A stretch of 64,000 nucleotides of DNA. Origin: Candidatus Falkowbacteria bacterium (GTDB lineage: Bacteria > Patescibacteriota > Patescibacteriia > CAIXNZ01). This document shows, piece after piece, positions 58,159-64,000 of the stretch. The stretch lies in contig CAVZGV010000006.1 in the NCBI GenBank assembly GCA_963774955.1, forward strand, positions 8,354 through 72,353. Direction: 5' to 3'. Below the pieces are notes generated by a model that was not told where the DNA came from, searched no databases, and was given only the letters and a program-made list of their open reading frames with translations. How positions within the stretch are numbered: the stretch's first letter is position 1; each line of letters starts with the position of its first letter. The translations under genes and the position numbers were made by a program.

Positions 58159-59226
58159 TTAACGCTTGATTTTAAATCTTAAAATCTTAATTACGGTATA
58201 GTCATAAAGTAGCTGCGCGCACTTGGCCAGAAAATAGCTGGCAATTACACTCAACAAAAAAATTAAGCCGAAATTCAAATAATAATTTATATTTAACATA
58301 CTGCAGTAATAATAAACTGCCGAGACCAAAGCAAAATGAATCAGATAAACCCAAAGACTATTTTTCCCGAAAGAAATAAAAATCTTCTGCCAAACCGATT
58401 CTCTGAAAAATTTATCTTTAAAATAAAACAACAAATTAAAAACTGCCAAACCGTAAAATAAACGAACATTATAATACCATTCAGGCCGGAAGATCATAAA
58501 AATAATATAGAAGATTAAAATCGACAGCCACAAAGCCATTTCTTCCCTGTTTTTAGTATAATTAAAATATTTTTCACGGTTGCGCAGGCCATAACTGAAA
58601 AAGAAAATATACGGCAAAAAAGTCGGGATACCATTGAAAAATTGCAGCTCCATGAAATAATTGCTGACAAAACTTATCAAAAAGGTTACTAGCAGGAAAT
58701 ATTTTGATTTTTTATAAATATCCAGAATCGGATAGAAAAGATACAACTCAATTAAAACTATGATGAAATAATAAGGCGGGGCAATATGTCCGGTTATTAA
58801 ATTTAAATAAAAGTCCGTAAAATTCAGGCGTAAAATTAAAATATAAACAAGCGTGCATAAAACATAGGGCCAAAAAATTCTCCAGAGTTTACGCCGGTAA
58901 AAATCGATAAATTCTTTTTCTCCGTTTATCGGATTTAATAATATGCCCGAACAAACAAGAAAGGCCGGGATAGCAAACCTGGCCAAATTATTCACTATAA
59001 TAATAAAAGGTAAATTATTTACCGTGTAAGGATAAGTATAAAAAAAATAAGCCACATGTATCAAAATCACAGCAACAATTGCCAAGCCCTTGATAAAATC
59101 AAAAAAAACCAGCCGTTGGGTGATATTTTTTTCATTGACCGGACAATCAGCCGCAAAGTAAAGCTTGCGTAGCCAGGGCAAGGGTAAAATAAACAAAGCC
59201 AAGAATAACAGATTAATATATTCCAT
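58159..59226 (-). CDS. Acyltransferase family 3 (OafA-like) membrane protein
   Basis: 355 aa with about 10 TM helices. Contains …FDFIKGLAIVAVILIHV…. Confidence 0.65.
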   Translation of the reverse strand: MEYINLLFLALFILPLPWLRKLYFAADCPVNEKNITQRLVFFDFIKGLAIVAVILIHVAYFFYTYPYTVNNLPFIIIVNNLARFAIPAFLVCSGILLNPINGEKEFIDFYRRKLWRIFWPYVLCTLVYILILRLNFTDFYLNLITGHIAPPYYFIIVLIELYLFYPILDIYKKSKYFLLVTFLISFVSNYFMELQFFNGIPTFLPYIFFFSYGLRNREKYFNYTKNREEMALWLSILIFYIIFMIFRPEWYYNVRLFYGLAVFNLLFYFKDKFFRESVWQKIFISFGKNSLWVYLIHFALVSAVYYYCSMLNINYYLNFGLIFLLSVIASYFLAKCAQLLYDYTVIKILRFKIKR

Positions 59227-59231
59227 AGACT

Positions 59232-59948
59232 TTAAAGGTTAGCGCACAAACCGCAGGCAATAATCGCGGCAGTTTCAGCTCGCAGGATGCGTTGGCCCAA
59301 GCTGACCAAGATTAAAGAATTTTGCCGGGCTAAATCAATTTCAAACTGAGAAAACCCGCCCTCCGGACCAATAAATAAATTAATTGTTTTTTCAGAATTT
59401 TGAGCCAGGACCTTGGCCAATGACAAGTCCTGCTCGTCTTCATGACAGATCAAATTCAGGCTACGCGGGTGCAAATTTTTAATTGCACCTTCGAAGTGAA
59501 CAGCCGGCTCAAATTTGGGCGGAATTTTACCGCCGCTTTGGATGGTCGCCTCTTCAATAATTTTTTTATAACGGCTGTCTTTATGGGGATTTAATTCCTT
59601 GATCACGCAATTTTCCGAAATAACCGGAATAATCCGCTTAACCCCGATTTCAGTAACTTTCTGACACAACCATTCCAATTTATCTTTTTTTAATAAAGAC
59701 TGATATAAATTAATTTCAGTTGCTAATTCACGGCCAATATTTAAACGGCTGACCAGGCTACATAAAACCTCCTTGCCTTTAATTTCCTTAATTCTAACTT
59801 CGTATTCCTCACCGTTAATGTCAAAAACCACAAAAACATCACCTATTCCGAAACGCAGAACTTTGGTGATTTTATTGACTGCTTCCTTGTCACTAATGAT
59901 AATATGTTGAGGATCTTCAATTGTAGTTTTAAGAAAAAAACGAAACAT
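59232..59948 (-). CDS. rsmE: 16S rRNA (uracil1498-N3)-methyltransferase RsmE
   Basis: MFRFFL… N-terminal PUA-like domain plus a SPOUT domain (…IGPEGGFSQFE…). Confidence 0.8.
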   Translation of the reverse strand: MFRFFLKTTIEDPQHIIISDKEAVNKITKVLRFGIGDVFVVFDINGEEYEVRIKEIKGKEVLCSLVSRLNIGRELATEINLYQSLLKKDKLEWLCQKVTEIGVKRIIPVISENCVIKELNPHKDSRYKKIIEEATIQSGGKIPPKFEPAVHFEGAIKNLHPRSLNLICHEDEQDLSLAKVLAQNSEKTINLFIGPEGGFSQFEIDLARQNSLILVSLGQRILRAETAAIIACGLCANL

Positions 59949-59997
59949 AGGGACTTAGAGTAAGAAGGTTAAGGAGAGTAAGAGGAGTAAGAAGGGG

Positions 59998-60381
59998 TTA
60001 CCTTTCAAATTGAGACTTTATCATTAAAGATTTAATTAACCTATCAAAAAGATAGTCAGTTCTTTTACAAAGATCATCTAATTCCACAAATTCTTCGTTA
60101 TTAATAAGGTTGTCCTCATAACAATCTTCAATATCTCCATGAAGTTCAGACAGACTAGGCCTGCTTATATTTCTCACATAATTAATATACTTTAGCAAAG
60201 AGGACTTATAACCTTCTTGTATATTTTGTTTAGTTGATCGAGCCGCATCATTCATTTGGCTGACACGTTTATACTCTGATTTAGGAAATTTTTTTGTAAT
60301 TTCATAAATTCTTTTTCTTAAAAGTTTGCAATTCTGCCAAACTATTAACTTTTTATAACCTTCATTATCCCTATATGTCAT
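59998..60381 (-). CDS. Four-helix-bundle protein (TIGR02436 / 23S rRNA intervening-sequence protein family)
   Basis: …LIVWQNCKLLRKRIYEITKKFPKSEYKRVSQMNDAARSTKQNIQEGY…. Confidence 0.75.
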   Translation of the reverse strand: MTYRDNEGYKKLIVWQNCKLLRKRIYEITKKFPKSEYKRVSQMNDAARSTKQNIQEGYKSSLLKYINYVRNISRPSLSELHGDIEDCYEDNLINNEEFVELDDLCKRTDYLFDRLIKSLMIKSQFER

Positions 60382-60501
60382 AAATTAAATTAATTAAAAT
60401 AAAACCATATTACACATCTTCCCGTCGCTACCCATCTTTCCCAAATTTCATAAAAACCCAACTTCCTCTTCTTCCTCATCTCTACCCATCTCTCCCTTCT
60501 C

Positions 60502-61776
60502 CTAGTGAGTCGCACAGGATATACAAGGGTCGTATGACCTAATTAACGCCCTAATCTTTTGTCGCCTGGTGTGGATTGGCAATTTATAGACATTAGGCAA
60601 ATAAGCCATAAGATCGGCTTCTAAATTGGCCAAAAACTGAGCGGTAGGTGTCATAATATTGGCATCCAAAATCTTCCCGTTTTTATCAAATTTATAATAA
60701 TCAAGCAAAATACCGCGCGGTGCTTCAACCGCTCCAAAGCCCTCACCTGCTCTAGGAATCACCTTTACTTTCAAATTTTTCTGGTCAATTCTACCCATTT
60801 GAGAAACTATTTTTTTAATCTCTTCCAGACAATGAATTAGTTCCACTGCCTGGGCATAAATATTATAAAAAGTATTTTCACAGGGCATGGCCAAGCCTTT
60901 AGCTTGCCACATTTTTTTCGCCAGCGGGTTTAATTTCCCAAAATTCAAATTTACCCTGGCCAAAGCACCTGTATAATACGGCTTATCATCCAGATTTACC
61001 CGCTTAACCTTTTCAAAAGGCTGGTGAAATTCCTTGATTTTATGATAAAAGTCCGAAACGCTATAGCGTTTACCCTGGCTGGAGACAATATCTCCCTGCA
61101 AGACTTCATATTCATCCTTATCATACAGAGCCACATACTCCTGGGACCGTTCAAACTTCGGCAATTTAATTTTGGCTATAAATTCAGCTAAACCAATCGC
61201 ATCTTCAATAACCGGAGAAATATTTTTCATTAAATTATTGACAGCCGCCAGAGACGGCAATTTTTTAAATCCACCGACTTCTATAGTCAAAGGATGCACA
61301 ATTCTACCGCCGATCAGACTGACCAAATCAATGGCAAACTGACGCACCCTGAGCGCGGCCTGAGTTTCCTTAGGAAATTTCTTCATAAAATTCAGATCAT
61401 TTTCTATTCCAAAAAAATCAGGCGCTGACAGAAAAAACATATGCAAACTATGAGAATGTATAATCTGTAAAAGTTCCATGACTTTTCTTAAAACAACAGT
61501 CTGTTCCGATACTTTAATTTGAAAAGCAGCCTCAATCGCCTGAGTTGAAGATAATAAATGAACAATCGGACAAATTCCGCAGATTCTGGCAGTGATTATC
61601 GGAATCTCAAAATAATCTCGGCCTAAAAGTATACCCTCAATTAAACGAGCGCCTTCCAGTGTCTCCAATTTAGCCTTTTTAACATCGCCGTCCAGAATCG
61701 AGGCCACAAACCCGGTATGCCCTTCCATTTTGGCAATGTGATTGATTTTAATTGTTTTTAACCCCATAATATTCAA
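60502..61776 (-). CDS. [NiFe]-hydrogenase large subunit (group-3-like, short); ends exactly at DPCISCATH with no C-terminal extension
   Basis: L1 motif RICGICPIVH. L2 motif DPCISCATH is followed by the stop codon. Confidence 0.85.
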   Translation of the reverse strand: MNIMGLKTIKINHIAKMEGHTGFVASILDGDVKKAKLETLEGARLIEGILLGRDYFEIPIITARICGICPIVHLLSSTQAIEAAFQIKVSEQTVVLRKVMELLQIIHSHSLHMFFLSAPDFFGIENDLNFMKKFPKETQAALRVRQFAIDLVSLIGGRIVHPLTIEVGGFKKLPSLAAVNNLMKNISPVIEDAIGLAEFIAKIKLPKFERSQEYVALYDKDEYEVLQGDIVSSQGKRYSVSDFYHKIKEFHQPFEKVKRVNLDDKPYYTGALARVNLNFGKLNPLAKKMWQAKGLAMPCENTFYNIYAQAVELIHCLEEIKKIVSQMGRIDQKNLKVKVIPRAGEGFGAVEAPRGILLDYYKFDKNGKILDANIMTPTAQFLANLEADLMAYLPNVYKLPIHTRRQKIRALIRSYDPCISCATH

Positions 61777-61811
61777 AATAAAAGCTGCTATTTAAATTAT
61801 TTTAAATACCT

Positions 61812-62039
61812 TTAGTGAATGTGCAGATTTTTTTCATATTCCGGCCAGGTCGCTTTCAGCTGTGATTCCATACTTTCAGTATCCTGGTCAACAGCTAATT
61901 CTCCCTCACTAAGTTTGTCATTCAGATAATTTTCCACAATGCTGTCAAAAGCCTCTTTAGAAGTTACGCCTTCTGCCTCGGCTATTTCCTTTATTTCCGC
62001 ATAAGCTTGCTGTAAATTAAAGGTTAAAAATTCAGTCAT
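61812..62039 (-). CDS. Hypothetical acidic 75-aa protein upstream of hydrogenase large subunit
   Basis: ORF co-oriented with the hydrogenase genes. Confidence 0.4.
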   Translation of the reverse strand: MTEFLTFNLQQAYAEIKEIAEAEGVTSKEAFDSIVENYLNDKLSEGELAVDQDTESMESQLKATWPEYEKNLHIH

Positions 62040-62247
62040 AAATTTGATAGATTTTAGTGTATTAGATTCTAGATTCTGGATTATTAACTAAAACTTAAAA
62101 TCTAAAATCCAAAATCTGTTTATATTATACCAAAAATTCTATTGATTGCCCAATCTTGACAACAGACTATTTTACTGTTATTCTTAGACAAAGAAGTTTG
62201 CCTGATTTCTGGATGGAAACGCCATTTTTTCACAAGGAGGATAATAC

Positions 62248-62439
62248 GTGAAAGATAGAAGAACCAAAAATGATCACCTTCTGCTGGTCAAGCCAGCAAC
62301 GGTAAAAACCGAAGCTAAGGTGATACCCATCAAGCGCGGCAAATCGCCCGGCCGTCACGGCAGTCAATGCAATGAATGTGGCGGCAACATTGACGAAGGC
62401 GGCTATTGCACTGGTTGCCATACCTATCACAAACAATAG
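62248..62439 (+). CDS. Small zinc-ribbon protein (CNECGG…CTGCH), GTG start
   Basis: AAGGAGGATAATAC followed by GTG, and a strong terminator downstream. Confidence 0.45.
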   Translation: MKDRRTKNDHLLLVKPATVKTEAKVIPIKRGKSPGRHGSQCNECGGNIDEGGYCTGCHTYHKQ

Positions 62440-62465
62440 GTCCAACGCGTTGCCCCCCGCGTCAA

Positions 62466-62502
62466 CCCCCGCACCCTCAGGTGCGGGGGTTTCTATTTTT
62501 TA
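62466..62502 (+). terminator. Intrinsic terminator
   Basis: CCCCCGCACCCTCAGGTGCGGGGGTTTCTATTTTTT. Confidence 0.75.
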
Positions 62503-63091
62503 AACAACCAATATAAATAAGCTACCGTCGGCAAAATAATCGACGGTATTTATCTTGCCGCCTATCGTGTGGCTAAACCTTTTGATTAATATTATCGCAC
62601 TGACCGTTTTTCAACCCTCCCTGGGGGTTTGGGGGGCCGAATAAGCCCTTCGACTCGCTCCGCTCGCTCAGGGCAGGCTCGTTTACCCGCCGTAGCTTAT
62701 GCGAAGGCGGGCTTACTTTTTTAGTTATAAAAAAGTAAGTCGCCGAAGGCGGTTTTTCCTTAATTTTGGTTCAAAAGCTGTTTTTTTCTTAAACCAATCT
62801 TATATATTCAGCGTATTATAAAAGGGAGAGCGCCGAAACGCTCTCCCTTGCCTCGTGGACCCTTGCCAGGATACTTAGGTAAACAAGCTGTGATTCCACG
62901 AGGGTTGAAGGAGGGTGCGGACAGATCAGCCTGTCTGCTTCGGTCGAAACAAACAAGCCTTTCCATTCGCAGGTAAAGTTTCACATAAAAAACTTATTTT
63001 GTCAAGGATTTAACATCCAAAAAACTTGAACACAAAAATGTCCAAGTATACTTGTTTAATCCTCTTTCGTGCCTGTAGACAGGCTAAATTC

Positions 63092-63874
63092 TTATTTCTT
63101 CACTTCCGGCTTTTGCAAAGCCGCCTCAATTCTGTCCCTGGCTCCAAAAAATTCCATTTTTTCCAAAATGTCAGCCAGGCTCCAGCCGTGATTCTGAATT
63201 ATTTTTATAAGATTCCTAATTTTTTCGTCTGACTGGTCCAAGATACCCCGACAAGCCCAGCATTCCTGGCGTGAATTCAAACAAACAGCATTACAACCGC
63301 CTAAAGCAATCGGGCCGAAACAAATTTTACCCTGCTGTAATAAGCAAGGATTTTTATTGATCTGACATTCATAACAGACCGGATTCATTTTTAAAGCCCA
63401 GGCTTTGCCGTTCAACAGATTGAAAACCAGATCCAGAAAATTCTGGGCGTTTATCGGACAACCCGGAATGACATAATCAACCTTAATGGCTTTGGGAACT
63501 TCAATAATCTCACGATTTTCTATAGTTTCGCATTTTTTGTATACTTTACAGCCGAGTTTTTTATAATCATGATAATTTTTAATCTCCCAGACACCGCCGA
63601 TATCTGCGCATCCGCCTAGAACAACAACAACTTTGGAAATTGCCCTGATACGTTTTAAAATATGAAGATTTTCAGTGGTCACGGGATTACCCTCGATAAA
63701 AGCAATGTCATAATGCGAACGTTCCTTTTCATCCTCAATCAGACGAAATTCGTCAAGATCAACATATTTAGTCAGCTCAAAAAACTTCTCGTGTAAATCT
63801 AAAAGCGCGAACTGACACCCCTCGCAGGAAGTCAGGCCGAAAATGGCGACTGATGGTTTTTTGTTTTTTTTCAT
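63092..63874 (-). CDS. [NiFe]-hydrogenase small subunit (group-3-type, MvhG/HoxY-like with extra FeS-Cys clusters)
   Basis: VAIFGLTSCEGCQ… GGCADIGG … PGCP … and C-terminal CxxC clusters. Confidence 0.8.
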   Translation of the reverse strand: MKKNKKPSVAIFGLTSCEGCQFALLDLHEKFFELTKYVDLDEFRLIEDEKERSHYDIAFIEGNPVTTENLHILKRIRAISKVVVVLGGCADIGGVWEIKNYHDYKKLGCKVYKKCETIENREIIEVPKAIKVDYVIPGCPINAQNFLDLVFNLLNGKAWALKMNPVCYECQINKNPCLLQQGKICFGPIALGGCNAVCLNSRQECWACRGILDQSDEKIRNLIKIIQNHGWSLADILEKMEFFGARDRIEAALQKPEVKK

Positions 63875-63878
63875 AATT

Positions 63879-64000
63879 ATGGTTTTGGATTTAATAACTC
63901 ATAAATTTTCGGCGAATATTGTTTTATCGCCTGACTCCATTTTTTTATAACTTTGATTTCCTCTTGCCAGTGGTCTTTGGAAAGTTTAAAATCAAGAGTT
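63879..64000 (-). CDS. 3' end of an upstream co-oriented gene (partial, unknown)
   Basis: Frame …TLDFKLSKDHWQEEIKVIKKWSQAIKQYSPKIYELLNPKP*. The stop overlaps the small-subunit start (TAATTATGA). Confidence 0.3.

Overview
The window is AT-rich (about 35-40% GC by eye), gene-dense, and almost entirely coded on the minus strand. It has the look of a small-genome, CPR/Patescibacteria-like bacterium, judged from small proteins, a minimal mraZ-rsmH-ftsL cluster, strong AAGGAGG Shine-Dalgarno sites, a group-3-like [NiFe] hydrogenase and a 'four-helix-bundle' gene.

**Housekeeping content (roughly 1-38 kb and 57.9-64 kb)**
- DUF192, a GT4 MraY/WecA-family transferase, and a membrane-anchored ClpC-like AAA+ unfoldase.
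- tgt, a CDP-alcohol phosphatidyltransferase, and ftsL-like/rsmH/mraZ.
- tsaB, rplJ-rplL, and metK preceded by two tandem SAM-I riboswitches.
- alaX-like, an amino-acid-kinase family protein, an rpiB fusion, rlmH, mltG, uppP, a DUF212/PAP2 protein, a CPBP protease, yjbQ and mutM.
- A glycolytic block pgk-eno-gpmI in which eno and two tandem gpmI copies are frameshifted or decayed.
- A SIMPL protein, rsmE, an acyltransferase-3 protein, a truncated hypA-like gene, and [NiFe]-hydrogenase large and small subunit genes separated by an odd ~1 kb insert.

**Main unusual feature (38.4-57.8 kb)**
A tandem, same-strand array of 15 paralogous genes shares a conserved ~70-aa N-terminal module (core ...EMARQTLGRVKEMDLTPEQKEKVMAMIDEAK...). 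Their C-termini are radically different: nine share a short beta-module, two are LRR, two are ARM/HEAT-like tandem repeats, one has WG-like repeats and one is a TolB-like beta-propeller. The array is interrupted by a MoxR-like AAA+ ATPase plus a DUF2201-like (HExxH + VWA) partner. It is punctuated by four GC-rich nested-palindromic repeat elements. I could not match the N-module to a known family from memory. The arrangement looks like a polymorphic recognition/adaptor system coupled to a MoxR-VWA NTPase module.

**Other points**
- Three GC-elevated mini-islands of small unknown genes sit at 8.8-9.4 kb, 10.5-11.1 kb and 16.3-18.4 kb.
- A ~700 bp structured non-coding stretch sits at 16.5-17.25 kb.
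- Putative shared operator motifs occur upstream of several genes.
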